Below are positions 20,201-28,904 of a DNA stretch of 64,000 nucleotides, one piece after another. The translations under genes and the position numbers were made by a program. The stretch's first letter is position 1. Every line of letters begins with the position of its first letter. The stretch covers positions 1-64,000 of IMG/VR virus record IMGVR_UViG_3300009499_000114, one strand, 5' to 3'. A model generated the notes under the pieces. The model did not search any database, was not told the origin of the DNA, and worked only from the letters and a program-made list of their open reading frames with translations. This stretch comes from a virus.

Positions 20201-20794
20201 AAGCGCCTGGACGCCAAGTTCGGGAACGCGCTCAAGGAAATCGCGGCCGAAGTGGACGACGATGCTACCAAGAAAGCGATTCTCGCGGTCGCCAGCGAAC
20301 TTACTGAGGATAATGCCGAGGACCAGGCTAAGACGCTGAAGATGCTGGCCGGAAAGCTCAAAGGTGCTCTCAAGACGCGCCTGTCGAAGATTGCGACTGC
20401 GCTGGCTGCTGGGGAAGGCTACCCTGCACCGGGCGAAGAAATCTCGGAATCAGAGGAGAAAGAACAGCCGACTCGGGTCGAGATAGACATCGAAGCCCTG
20501 GCCGAGAAAGTCGCTAAATCCTTTGGGGCCAACCTGGCCCCTATGGCCGAGGCGGTAGCCTCGCTGGCGGTGGACGTGAAGGCCATCGACGAGCGGACCG
20601 CGCGGCTTGAGAAGGAAACGGACATCAAAGCGCAAACCGAGAAACCCCGCTTTGTCCTAGAACTGACGAAGCGTGCTTCTGAGGCGGAAGAGACTGCCCT
20701 GAAGGAAGGTGATGATTTACTAGAGAAGAAGCCGAAAGAAACCTCCCCCCGGAAGGAAGGCGCAAGTTCCATCGACGCCTACTTCCCACGCTAA
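17297..20794 (+). CDS. Multidomain prohead protease/scaffold (ASCH-like, NTase-like, LigD phosphoesterase-like, Zn-ribbon, protease, scaffold)
   Basis: Directly precedes the capsid gene; CLQPPHGFLLWRGKKT, SLTGS..DTDLVV, FVFQHHYRGKSVHGDFRVE, YSCKTC..CLDCG, TNAFEDRQKEIF..LWH..SILP..AAN, acidic helical C-terminus. Confidence 0.7.
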   Translation: METDQKVTFEEMDAGLIGRKPDDSLLDTHRHTHGLAKLGDVDCTELKRVHSLVVAEMKRREMNHDSPLECTGAKAGLCLQPPHGFLLWRGKKTAIAEPPNFVEQYGDKAIDMPLVVVSGDEAYGVVILGKPASMTVEEFDRREWTEQHRVRPEERKEWWLGAEMLHVYPIKDWKPYPESRPIVVPQDAQGYVHAVEFKAYRPPTEQEQVLITKGKRLPKTIVLTPNAVSLTGSQIYGQQAAQDTDLVVVGADWREDEEQFVVPLTPTFKEKVERVLKAVFGIDNEVQYIAEGAGATFDYLPLYDLALVRRPRLEVEHVSEAEPDFAALCYDKKATTEGTSGGNVQVKQESEDDPAAAPSASKAASLLDYPDEGKGSRFVFQHHYRGKSVHGDFRVETGDYLVGWTVADQITGAIKESVTTMADAKRENADAGNWKMDLKTGLIKPRKIRGGTVRRGELRAFPKATEIPEAWLDVEGVTEKPEPGEVTPVGATTEFPGVFTIIEKGTVEHGAKKATFQEYFVHGKKWADQRWMFRTLERKEDEKGVSFIDVETGEVLDGWEELFESLEKAAVLPPGQEEEEPRTKTFWVLMQPEDQTPYVLGREAVKKGWLPPKSVSALPKSIRKHVPENLQYWKSSGKAALAKRRELSELDIRELGGPELKEDESMYTYSCKTCEKEFESKVALEQPVCLDCGNVPDEKAGRRLRGDKLGLLTEIRDGFDSLMERLKELISWGGYDDEQPSTLADLFKGDTGFAVKEVEGVSWFFTWTTNAFEDRQKEIFSTQALEHYVSENNEKEDKGTFNLWHINDGAGTNFARKEWQAVIGRFLVEAGPFLDNHQGHSATKFFTQNPEAHSALAPEGWGCSPEYKYLPEERETGIYDWIWIVRTSILPRAAAANIWTKATEVTTMAMTDQQKEMADAIFGKDWVQTNLIQEGDRRTKELEEADIAHKGETPEPEVKPAAEPETDEKRLDAKFGNALKEIAAEVDDDATKKAILAVASELTEDNAEDQAKTLKMLAGKLKGALKTRLSKIATALAAGEGYPAPGEEISESEEKEQPTRVEIDIEALAEKVAKSFGANLAPMAEAVASLAVDVKAIDERTARLEKETDIKAQTEKPRFVLELTKRASEAEETALKEGDDLLEKKPKETSPRKEGASSIDAYFPR

Positions 20795-20806
20795 CGGAGG
20801 ATTGTC

Positions 20807-22249
20807 ATGGATGAAAATACCACGCTTCAAGCGCTGGCGAGAGCGCTGAGCCCTCACCTTGAAAGCGTGAAGGGACTGGGCGTGCCTGGCTATAGTAGCA
20901 AGGCCGTCGGCACGCCCAGCAATACGGCGTACCTGTACGAGGGCGGAGGACTCTTCGGCAGATGCGACGGACCATCGACGCTGATGAACGCCATGGTTGG
21001 GCCGATAGGGTTCGAGAGTGCCCTGACCTGGGTGGGCACCGATACCGAGAAAGAATTCGTGGACGCGCTAAAGGCCATCGAAGAGGAGGATGGTCACGAA
21101 CAGCAGACGGCCTGCGGGGACTGCAAGAAGATTTCCTTGAAAGCCTGCGCTCAGTTCTACTGTTTCGGGCGCTTCTGCCGTCAGACGGACGAGCTACAGT
21201 TTGACCGGCTGGGACTCAAGTACCACTCCAATACGCCTACCAAGGCCATCTTCGGGGACATCACCGATGCGCAGGGCAACGTGCTGGTGGCCAGTGGCAG
21301 TCAGATCACCGACGCTTTCATGCTCCAGACGCGGGCGGTGGCCTACGCGCTGCGGTTGCGAAACTCGACGCTACTGTGGACCGGCAACCCGGCCAACAAC
21401 ATCGGGACCTCCTACATGGAGCACATGGGCTTCGCGCTCATCGTGAACACCGGGAAGTACGACGCCTACACGCAGCTTGACTGCGACAGCATCGACAGCT
21501 TCCTGATGGACTTCGGCAACAACAACCCAGCCTCGACCGGGGCTTGGGCCATCCCGAACTGGTTCCGCCGGATGGTGAACCAGTTCCAGCGCAGGGCTGG
21601 CGGTGCCGGCCTGCCGTGGGAGACGGCGACGATGTACATCGTGATGTCGCCCAATACCTGGGACTGCGTCGCGCGGACCTACGCCTGCACCGGCCTCGAC
21701 CTGTGCACGGTGGCGGCCAACCGCCAGCTCCAGCAGTCGGCGGACCAGGCGCGCGAGCGGTACGAGGAGTACCAGTCGCGCATGGCATTGCCGATCAACG
21801 GGCGCTGGTACCCGGTAGTACTGGACAGCCAGATCCCGGAGACGACGGGACAGCCGAACGGCATCTGCTCCGACATCTATTTCATCACGACCGAGATCAA
21901 CGGTGAGACGATCACGTACGGGGAGTACCAGGACTTCAATCGAACGTACGGTCGTATCCGCGACGAACTCGCCGGCCTGTTCGGCTCCGACGACATCGCC
22001 ATCACCGACAACGGGCGCTACGCCCTGATCCGCGACAACGAGCGGGGCTGCTTCGACATCCAGGCCTACGTCAAGCCGCGCATCGTCGCCGTCGCACCCT
22101 GGCTGCTGGGACGCATCCAGAACGTGTGCTGCGATGTCCTGCAAGAGCCGTTCCCGGACGTGACGGGTAGTGGCAGAGTCTACGAAAAAGATGGCGGACG
22201 TAGTATCACGCAAGTTCCCACGCTTTATGGCGAGTGCCTTGACTGCTGA
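20807..22249 (+). CDS. Major capsid protein (Cys-rich)
   Basis: 480 aa after protease/scaffold; GGAGG RBS; strongly biased codon usage; ends with WLLGRIQNV, typical of HK97-fold capsid C-termini. Confidence 0.75.
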   Translation: MDENTTLQALARALSPHLESVKGLGVPGYSSKAVGTPSNTAYLYEGGGLFGRCDGPSTLMNAMVGPIGFESALTWVGTDTEKEFVDALKAIEEEDGHEQQTACGDCKKISLKACAQFYCFGRFCRQTDELQFDRLGLKYHSNTPTKAIFGDITDAQGNVLVASGSQITDAFMLQTRAVAYALRLRNSTLLWTGNPANNIGTSYMEHMGFALIVNTGKYDAYTQLDCDSIDSFLMDFGNNNPASTGAWAIPNWFRRMVNQFQRRAGGAGLPWETATMYIVMSPNTWDCVARTYACTGLDLCTVAANRQLQQSADQARERYEEYQSRMALPINGRWYPVVLDSQIPETTGQPNGICSDIYFITTEINGETITYGEYQDFNRTYGRIRDELAGLFGSDDIAITDNGRYALIRDNERGCFDIQAYVKPRIVAVAPWLLGRIQNVCCDVLQEPFPDVTGSGRVYEKDGGRSITQVPTLYGECLDC

Positions 22250-22305
22250 GTAACCACTAAGCCTAGACTGTAGATACAATGTCAGGTTTGCGGTTTTGCT
22301 CTACC

Positions 22306-22353
22306 TGTGATATAATGTGTAAGGGGATGACCGTGAGGGTTACCCCCTTACAC
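22306..22353 (+). promoter_or_regulatory. Extended -10 promoter followed by a hairpin
   Basis: TGTGaTATAAT, then imperfect inverted repeat TGTAAGGGGATGACC-gtgag-GGTTACCCCTTTACA upstream of the endonuclease RBS. Confidence 0.55.
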
Positions 22354-22372
22354 AGCACAGGAGGGAGCAACG

Positions 22373-23359
22373 ATGAATGGGGTAGCTTACATCTATGGTT
22401 TGTATGACCCTAGAAATGGAGAGCTGCGGTATGTCGGTAAGACAATAGATCTCAAACTTCGTCTTTGGGTACATATGTCAAAGGCGAAAAGCAATGAACC
22501 TGATTTAAAATCTAAATGGATTCGTAAGCTTTTGGCCGAAAACTTAGAGCCAGAAATTAGGATACTAGAAACATCAAATGATAGTAATTGGCCAGAAGCG
22601 GAAAGAAGGTGGATAGCACAGTGTCTTGCGGATGATGCATCACTATTCAATGTATCAGAAGGTGGTGACAATCCACCGGATCATTCGGGCGAGAAGCAAT
22701 CTATTGATCATGTTCAGAAACGTGTTGAGGCCAGACGAAAAAACGGATCTTACTCTCATTCTGCTGAAACGAAACAGAAGATAAGCGAATCCAAGAGAGG
22801 CAGAAATACTGGAAAAGGCAATTCTTTCTTTGGAAGGAAACATTCCGAAGCTTCCAAACAAAAGATGAGCGAATCTAAAAAAGGACGAGAGGCCTGGAAT
22901 AAGGGTATCCCTTGCTCAGATGAGGCCAAGAGAAAGATTAGCGGAGCCAAAAAAGGTACTCATCTTTCAGAGGAAACGAGACGGAAGATGAGCGCGATTC
23001 GACGAGGGCGCAAGCTGTCGCCAGAACATGCTGAGAATATCAGGCAGGCTAACATTGGTAAAAAACTTTCCAATGCTACCAAGCAAAAGCTACGGGTAGC
23101 AAACCTTGGCAAGAAACATACCGAAGAAACCAAGTCAAAATTGAGAGAGATATTCACGGGTAGGGAAGTTTCCGAAGAGACTAGGCAGAGATTGAGCGAA
23201 GCAAACTCAGGGAAACAACGGACGGCAGGACAAAAGCAGCATCAAAGTGAAGCCTTGAAAGCAAGGTGGCAAGACCCTGAATATCGAGAGAAGATGCTGA
23301 ACGCTCAAAGAAAACGTCGGGCTAGGGAACGACAGGAAAAAGAGATTAGCGATGTTTGA
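22373..23359 (+). CDS. Free-standing GIY-YIG homing endonuclease with NUMOD3 repeats
   Basis: YIYGLYDPR..RYVGKT; repeated (H/L)SEETKxK(I/M)S..KG units; AT-rich. Confidence 0.88.
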   Translation: MNGVAYIYGLYDPRNGELRYVGKTIDLKLRLWVHMSKAKSNEPDLKSKWIRKLLAENLEPEIRILETSNDSNWPEAERRWIAQCLADDASLFNVSEGGDNPPDHSGEKQSIDHVQKRVEARRKNGSYSHSAETKQKISESKRGRNTGKGNSFFGRKHSEASKQKMSESKKGREAWNKGIPCSDEAKRKISGAKKGTHLSEETRRKMSAIRRGRKLSPEHAENIRQANIGKKLSNATKQKLRVANLGKKHTEETKSKLREIFTGREVSEETRQRLSEANSGKQRTAGQKQHQSEALKARWQDPEYREKMLNAQRKRRARERQEKEISDV

Positions 23360-23361
23360 GT

Positions 23362-23391
23362 TTGACACCATACCGTATGCTGTGGTATACT
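23362..23391 (+). promoter_or_regulatory. Sigma70-type promoter, near-leaderless
   Basis: TTGACA-18 nt-TATACT with TG extension; ATG 4 nt after the -10. Confidence 0.7.
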
Positions 23392-23395
23392 TGAC

Positions 23396-23536
23396 ATGAA
23401 GAAGAAGACGAGCGTCACATTGTCCGAAGAAGCGCTGAAGTTGCTAGCTGAGCTGGCTGAGCGGTATGCCGTCAGCCGGTCCGCGATGCTTGAAGTCATC
23501 ATAAGGGATAGGGCCAAAGACGAGGGAACTAAGTAA
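23396..23536 (+). CDS. Ribbon-helix-helix (CopG-like) regulator, 46 aa (not in ORF track)
   Basis: MKKKTSVTLSEEALKLLAELAERYAVSRSAMLEVIIR; TAATG coupling to the next ORF. Confidence 0.8.
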   Translation: MKKKTSVTLSEEALKLLAELAERYAVSRSAMLEVIIRDRAKDEGTK

Positions 23537-23757
23537 TGCCTGTCTCTTACTCAGACGTGGGGCACATGACAGATATAATGACACGACCTGATTTCCGCGT
23601 TAAGGTTTGGGAGCATGGAAAAGAGACGAGACGAAAACTAATCAAGGAGCGCTGGCAGATTTTAGCCCTGATGGGAGTACCCGAAGACATCACGAGACGC
23701 GCCTGCCATGATCATGATTCGTTCTCCATTATGAGGATGCTCTATTTTCGTAAATAA
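23536..23757 (+). CDS. Hypothetical protein
   Basis: Coupled to the RHH gene. Confidence 0.55.
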   Translation: MPVSYSDVGHMTDIMTRPDFRVKVWEHGKETRRKLIKERWQILALMGVPEDITRRACHDHDSFSIMRMLYFRK

Positions 23758-23827
23758 AAATATAACTTAATACTTTCTGTCTCGTATCGCGTTAAGCCCC
23801 GCGAGGCGGTCGTCCCTCCCAGAAAGG

Positions 23828-23874
23828 CCGGGACTGCTGGTGAACGAAAGTTCGCCTGTGGTCCCGGTTTTTTT
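23828..23874 (+). terminator. Rho-independent terminator
   Basis: CCGGGAC..GGTGAAC-GAAA-GTTCGCC..GTCCCGG followed by T7. Confidence 0.75.
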
Positions 23875-23898
23875 AGGTTAAGGTCTCCGGAGGAAAAG

Positions 23899-24114
23899 AT
23901 GATGAGAAGATTTAAAGTATTATTGATAACAGAAAAGTTCTTTGAGATCTGGGCTGACAGTTGGGATATCGATGCTACATCGGAACGCCTTCTCTTCAAA
24001 TGTGGTGGGGATTACACCGCGGTCATCGCGGGCGGGATGTGGACGTGGCTCAAAGAAATGACACCCGATGAGACGCCCCCGGAAAAAGAATCCGATTCTG
24101 ATGAGAGTGCATAG
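23899..24114 (+). CDS. Hypothetical protein
   Basis: GGAGG RBS. Confidence 0.55.
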   Translation: MMRRFKVLLITEKFFEIWADSWDIDATSERLLFKCGGDYTAVIAGGMWTWLKEMTPDETPPEKESDSDESA

Positions 24115-24844
24115 TTACACTATTGTCCACTACGGCGCGGACTACGTCTGCTACGCCCTGCGGTCAGTCTACGACCAGGTTGAAAAACTGCATGTGTTCT
24201 ACACGCCCCACCCGTCGCACAGTCACCGCGTCGACGTACCGCCACCTGAGTCACGAGACGAAATCGCAACCGCCGCGCTGGCATGTGATCCTGAAGGGAA
24301 GATCATCTGGCACGAGACTGACATCTGGCAGGAGGGGCCGCAGCGGGACTACGCGGTGGACGTATGCCGGCAGGCCGGGGCTGAGATGGTCCTGGTCGTG
24401 GACTATGACGAAGTATGGCACGACGCGACGCTGGAGAAGGCATTGAGGCACGCCTGGGAATCTAACTCAGTCCACAACTGGCTGCTGAACTTCACGACCC
24501 TGTGGCGTTCGTTCGGCTGGGTCTGTCACGATGAACTATGGCCGGTGCGCATCAAGGATTTGCGGCACGTAGAGGGGACAGCCTATCTACCGCGCGAACT
24601 GGGAGAGACATACCATTTCGGCTACGCGGTGCGTGACGAGATCATGCGCTATAAGTGGCTGGTGCATGGGCACAAGAATGAAGCCCTGCCCGGCTGGTGG
24701 CGGGACAAGTGGGAAGCGTGGCCGCCGCCCGAAAACTGCCACCCGACCTGCGAGCACTTCTGGAACCCCGAACCGTTTGACCGGGCCGAGCTGCCGGCCC
24801 TGCTGCGGGAGCACCCGTTTTACAATCTAGAGAGGATTGAATGA
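24101..24844 (+). CDS. Glycosyltransferase (GT-A/GT2-like)
   Basis: YTIVHYG..ALRSVYDQVE; EGPQRD..VLVVDYDEVW (DxD); YHFGY. Confidence 0.75.
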   Translation: MRVHSYTIVHYGADYVCYALRSVYDQVEKLHVFYTPHPSHSHRVDVPPPESRDEIATAALACDPEGKIIWHETDIWQEGPQRDYAVDVCRQAGAEMVLVVDYDEVWHDATLEKALRHAWESNSVHNWLLNFTTLWRSFGWVCHDELWPVRIKDLRHVEGTAYLPRELGETYHFGYAVRDEIMRYKWLVHGHKNEALPGWWRDKWEAWPPPENCHPTCEHFWNPEPFDRAELPALLREHPFYNLERIE

Positions 24845-25050
24845 TGAAGTGGGAATACACGACCGTCATGGCCGAATTCTTGATGACGGGGGCCACACAC
24901 CGCTTGAATAAATTGGGCAATGAAGGTTGGGAACTGGTCGGATTTGACTACGGATTCGCGTTTTTCAAGCGCCCGTCGGAAAAATATCTGAAGCAAGAAC
25001 AAAAGCGGGAGCAGCAGCTAATTCATGACGCCTGCAAAAGAGGAAGATAG
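24841..25050 (+). CDS. DUF4177-like small protein
   Basis: KWEY...LNKLGNEGWELV...FFKRP. Confidence 0.75.
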   Translation: MMKWEYTTVMAEFLMTGATHRLNKLGNEGWELVGFDYGFAFFKRPSEKYLKQEQKREQQLIHDACKRGR

Positions 25051-25891
25051 CGTGGAAACGCCCGTGACCTTCGTCAGGACTCGCTACGTATATGACTCCT
25101 ACACAGATTTCTGGAAGCTGGTCGAACTATCTGGTTTCCCGACGATTTACGTCGACGAGCTGGACGCGAGCCAGCCGGGCGTCTTCATCGTCGCCCCGAT
25201 GAACGGCGAATGGCGCCCGCATATTGACAACCAAGCGGGCAAGCCCCGCAACGCCCACCTGATAATGTGGAACCTCGAACGGCCCTCCGGGTCCGCTGGG
25301 AGCGTGGGGCAATACGCCCAGGCGAACCGTGACCTGATATACAAGCGGCACGTGGACGAGGTGTGGGTTAGCGACCGGCGACTGGCTGCCGAGACCGAAC
25401 TGCGCTTCGTGGTGCTCGGCTCCGACGAGGGATTGGGCGAACCAAGCGAGCGCAAGAAGTACCAATTCGTCCACATGAGCTACGAGACGCCCCGACGCCA
25501 GACGATCTACAAGCAGTTCAAGCCTGAGGCAGTTGCTCCCAACTGCTGGCCGCCCGAGCGTGACGAGGTGCTCAAGCTCAGCAAATTCGCGTTGAATGTC
25601 CATCAGGACAGTCACCCGTTCCAAGAACCGCTGAGGTTCGCGCTGTTCGCCGCCTATGGGCTGCCCATCGTCTCGGAGACCATCTACGACAGCTATCCCT
25701 GGTCGGAGGAGTTCATGGTCTATGCGCATTACGACGGGCTGGTAGGCAAGATGCGGCAGGTGCTCAACAACGACTACGAGCGGTGGCGGGAGATGGGCTT
25801 GGCGGCGCGGGAGCGTATGTGTGGCGAGTTCCGGTTCAAGGACATGGTGGAGCGGGCCGTAACCGAGAGCGTAGGGGGTGACTGGCGGTGA
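25025..25891 (+). CDS. Glycosyltransferase-like (GT-B C-terminal domain)
   Basis: ERDEVLKLSKFALNVHQD..FQEPLRF..AAYGLPIVSE. Confidence 0.65.
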   Translation: MTPAKEEDSVETPVTFVRTRYVYDSYTDFWKLVELSGFPTIYVDELDASQPGVFIVAPMNGEWRPHIDNQAGKPRNAHLIMWNLERPSGSAGSVGQYAQANRDLIYKRHVDEVWVSDRRLAAETELRFVVLGSDEGLGEPSERKKYQFVHMSYETPRRQTIYKQFKPEAVAPNCWPPERDEVLKLSKFALNVHQDSHPFQEPLRFALFAAYGLPIVSETIYDSYPWSEEFMVYAHYDGLVGKMRQVLNNDYERWREMGLAARERMCGEFRFKDMVERAVTESVGGDWR

Positions 25892-26148
25892 TTGAGTGCG
25901 GTTCGGCACCGCGAATCCGTTTCAGAGATTCTGAATATCTCTTAATTGACGGGGTGATTGCTACCTGTGAGCAATTTGAGAATGGACATCTGGGCTTTGC
26001 TTACGTCTATGAAGACGGGCTCATAAGACGCTACGGGACTGTCATCGGTTCAGTTCAGGACATGACGTTCTTGGGTGAGGATGAACAAATATCAATGACT
26101 ACAGAAGGATTAGTAAATCTGCTAAAGGAAGGAACAGCATCTCTCTAG
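25888..26148 (+). CDS. Hypothetical protein
   Basis: GTGA coupling. Confidence 0.5.
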   Translation: MIECGSAPRIRFRDSEYLLIDGVIATCEQFENGHLGFAYVYEDGLIRRYGTVIGSVQDMTFLGEDEQISMTTEGLVNLLKEGTASL

Positions 26149-26162
26149 AGAGGAGAACAACG

Positions 26163-26678
26163 ATGACTTTGAATTTGGCACAACGGACACGAAATCGAAT
26201 TGCTGAATGGAATAGAGACAGAAAAATCAGACCGGAAGATTATAGCTGTGGGGGAGATGGTTCATTATCTATTGCTTTTCTAGATGAACTTTTGTTTGCC
26301 AAGTTTCCAGAACTGTGGGAAAGTGATAAGATCGATACTTTCTTTGTCCGGGGCGAAATGTACGAGTCGGTTCTGCAAGGGAAGACGAAAACGATAAATC
26401 GTCCTCGCAAGATAAGACTTGGAGAGAAGAGCGACACTCTTCATATCTGGCGCAATGGGCGTGCCCTGTGGAAAGTCGGGCAGGTTTATACTGTTCCAAG
26501 AGAAAATGCAAGTGAAGACATAACGCAAAAACATTCTGCGAACGATGATGGTAGTTTCACGTATACGCATACCATTGGATATGATTCAATGGGATGTGAT
26601 CCTCAAGGAAGGTTGCGCTTGACGAATATTGAGCCTCTCAGAAATCACGATGTTTTGACTTTTGAGATTGTGGAATGA
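26163..26678 (+). CDS. Hypothetical protein (possibly ASCH-like)
   Basis: AGGAG RBS; VLQGKTKTINRP...WKVGQVY...RLRLTNI. Confidence 0.5.
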   Translation: MTLNLAQRTRNRIAEWNRDRKIRPEDYSCGGDGSLSIAFLDELLFAKFPELWESDKIDTFFVRGEMYESVLQGKTKTINRPRKIRLGEKSDTLHIWRNGRALWKVGQVYTVPRENASEDITQKHSANDDGSFTYTHTIGYDSMGCDPQGRLRLTNIEPLRNHDVLTFEIVE

Positions 26679-27481
26679 AACTCTCTGGCTTCACCTTCGT
26701 CCACAACGCGATAGAGGGTGGATACCCCATCGTAGAGTCCATCGGGGCCGTCCTGCCACACGTGGATGAGGTAGTCGTGGTGGACATGGAGTCCGACGAT
26801 GGGACGCACGAGATCCTGGAGAAACTCGGTGTCAGGGTCCTAGACGGGCTCTGGTCACGCGACGGGGATCGCACCCTGCAGGACACCTTCCACCTGCACC
26901 GGGAATGCGAGCACGACACGGTCATCTTCTTCGAGGCCGACGAGGTATTCGAGGACCGGCTGTTGGAGAATGTCAAAGACGCGCTGATTGCAGGCCACTC
27001 TGAGGTAGCCATCCATCGCCTGAAGCTGGAGCAGAATTTCCAGCGCTGCCGGTGGTATCCGTTTCCGGTCACGCGCGTGGTACGCAAGGGTTACGAGGGT
27101 TACGTCCCGTCGCAGATGGGGGTGTCTGAGGATGCCTTTGTACTGCCGACGTCGGCTGGCTACCTGTGGGACATCTCAAATTGCTTCCGCGACAACTGGT
27201 TAAGGCGACTCGAGAACCAGTCTGAACTATGGGGTCAGCCACGCTTCCTGATGGTGCCGTACAGGTATGAAGAGGCCGTGGCGCTGACGGAAGAGGACAT
27301 GATCGCCCGGCTGGGGGCCGAGCGCTGGACGTGGACCGGGACGCCGTTCGCCCTGCCAGAGATACTGAAGCCTCTGGTGGGGATGACGAAATACGAGGCG
27401 AGAATTCAGGAAAATGCCGATGAAGACGAATGCTCTCTTGAAGTGACGGTGGACAATCTGGGAAATGATGTCCATGCTTAA
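26675..27481 (+). CDS. Glycosyltransferase family 2
   Basis: MKLSGFTFVHNA..YPIVESI..VDEVVVVDMESDDGT; FEADEV. Confidence 0.85.
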   Translation: MKLSGFTFVHNAIEGGYPIVESIGAVLPHVDEVVVVDMESDDGTHEILEKLGVRVLDGLWSRDGDRTLQDTFHLHRECEHDTVIFFEADEVFEDRLLENVKDALIAGHSEVAIHRLKLEQNFQRCRWYPFPVTRVVRKGYEGYVPSQMGVSEDAFVLPTSAGYLWDISNCFRDNWLRRLENQSELWGQPRFLMVPYRYEEAVALTEEDMIARLGAERWTWTGTPFALPEILKPLVGMTKYEARIQENADEDECSLEVTVDNLGNDVHA

Positions 27482-27532
27482 ATACTGACCGGGCTTGGTG
27501 TGTTAGTTTCACGACGAACAAGAGGTGAGGGT

Positions 27533-27778
27533 ATGAAGATCACAGAGGTTGAGATTAAGCGTTTCATGACCTGGGGTCAGGCTATTTTGATTTGCTGGGG
27601 CATTATATCAATCCTTATTTCCCTCTTTTTTGGGACTCGTACTACTAATCTAGACCCTGTCAGTAATTTGTATTGCGTCATCTTTCTTATCTGGTGCGCA
27701 TATTCCCTGATGAGCCTCGGTGCAGGAATCGGTTGGTACATTGCGTGGTCCGTGTTCTTTTGGGAGCGGAAAAAATGA
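27533..27778 (+). CDS. Small two-TM membrane protein
   Basis: Two hydrophobic segments. Confidence 0.5.
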   Translation: MKITEVEIKRFMTWGQAILICWGIISILISLFFGTRTTNLDPVSNLYCVIFLIWCAYSLMSLGAGIGWYIAWSVFFWERKK

Positions 27779-28098
27779 CCGATATTCATGGTCTTGAAAC
27801 TGATGAGAATACGAGAATAGAATGGCCCCCGAAGTGGAAATGGACGGTCTGGAAAGCGAAATCTAAGTTCAAGTACCGTCTAGGCCTGACGCATCAGTTT
27901 CACTGTAAACATTGTGGTGCTCCTATCGAGGAGATAGAAGTTTCTGGCTGGGGAGGCCAGATGTGGCAATGGCATTGTGTCTTTTGCGGATGGAATTTAG
28001 GAACCTCTGGTGGTCATGCACCTAGAATTATGAAGTCATCTCATAGACGAATATTGATCATTCGAAAATTAACGTGGAGGCTGAGATGCCGACTGTAG
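27775..28098 (+). CDS. Zn-finger-like hypothetical protein
   Basis: ATGA coupling; CKHC...CVFC. Confidence 0.5.
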   Translation: MTDIHGLETDENTRIEWPPKWKWTVWKAKSKFKYRLGLTHQFHCKHCGAPIEEIEVSGWGGQMWQWHCVFCGWNLGTSGGHAPRIMKSSHRRILIIRKLTWRLRCRL

Positions 28099-28904
28099 CA
28101 TTCGTCACCTACTGCCACCCGCCGCATTTGCTCAGATTGCATGTGCCCGGTGTGCTGGAGGAGATAATCGCGTCGCACAAATATCCGTTTGACGAGATCG
28201 TCGTGGTACACCAAAACTGCCGGGGATTAGAATATTCGCCCGTTAAGGACCCGTCGGTGCGTGTTCTGGAGAGCGAAGATTACCATCCCGGCATCCTGGC
28301 TGAGTTCGGGATACCGGAGGAGGACGCAATTGCTGAGGAGCTTTCGGGCGGCGAGGACCAGCCGCGCCATTGGAAGTGGCAAACCATAAACCATCTCATC
28401 GGCCTCAAGGAGGCTACATCGGATTACGTCGTGTTCTCGGACTGCGATTGTCTCCTCATTAAATCATCGCCAAAGCGGTCGTGGGTTGAGGAAGGAATTG
28501 GCATCTTGCGGAAATATCCCAAGGTGCTCATCGTCTCGCCCAGTGACGGCGGGAGCATACGCGAGGACGTGATACCCGAGGCATTCTTGACGCGGAATGC
28601 AAGTCAGCAGCTATTCATCGCAGAGAGGGAGCGGTTCAGCAAGATTGACTTTAATGTGCCCTGGGATGGGAAGAAGAAAGCCCCGGGCGATCCGTTCGAG
28701 GCATTCTACGTGCTCATGGAAGGGCGGATTTGGCGATACCTTGATAAGTACAAACTTTGGCGGGCCTTCCTACCTAATACCTGGCGATACTGGCACTATG
28801 ACGGTGGGGCCTGGGCACCCCGGAATTGGATAGGCGAGGGAAGGCCGGTGTACAGTGGGACGAATGACGGATGGGTGCTTATAAAGGAACGCCGAGATGG
28901 GTAG
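28086..28904 (+). CDS. Glycosyltransferase-like (GT-A)
   Basis: FDEIVVVHQ; SDYVVFSDCDC (DxD); GGAGG RBS. Confidence 0.65.
   Translation: MPTVAFVTYCHPPHLLRLHVPGVLEEIIASHKYPFDEIVVVHQNCRGLEYSPVKDPSVRVLESEDYHPGILAEFGIPEEDAIAEELSGGEDQPRHWKWQTINHLIGLKEATSDYVVFSDCDCLLIKSSPKRSWVEEGIGILRKYPKVLIVSPSDGGSIREDVIPEAFLTRNASQQLFIAERERFSKIDFNVPWDGKKKAPGDPFEAFYVLMEGRIWRYLDKYKLWRAFLPNTWRYWHYDGGAWAPRNWIGEGRPVYSGTNDGWVLIKERRDG

Noticed and set aside
22250-23360. Group I intron around the GIY-YIG/NUMOD3 gene
   Set aside because: The capsid gene ends with a normal stop, no split exon or intron core was seen, and the gene has its own promoter and RBS.
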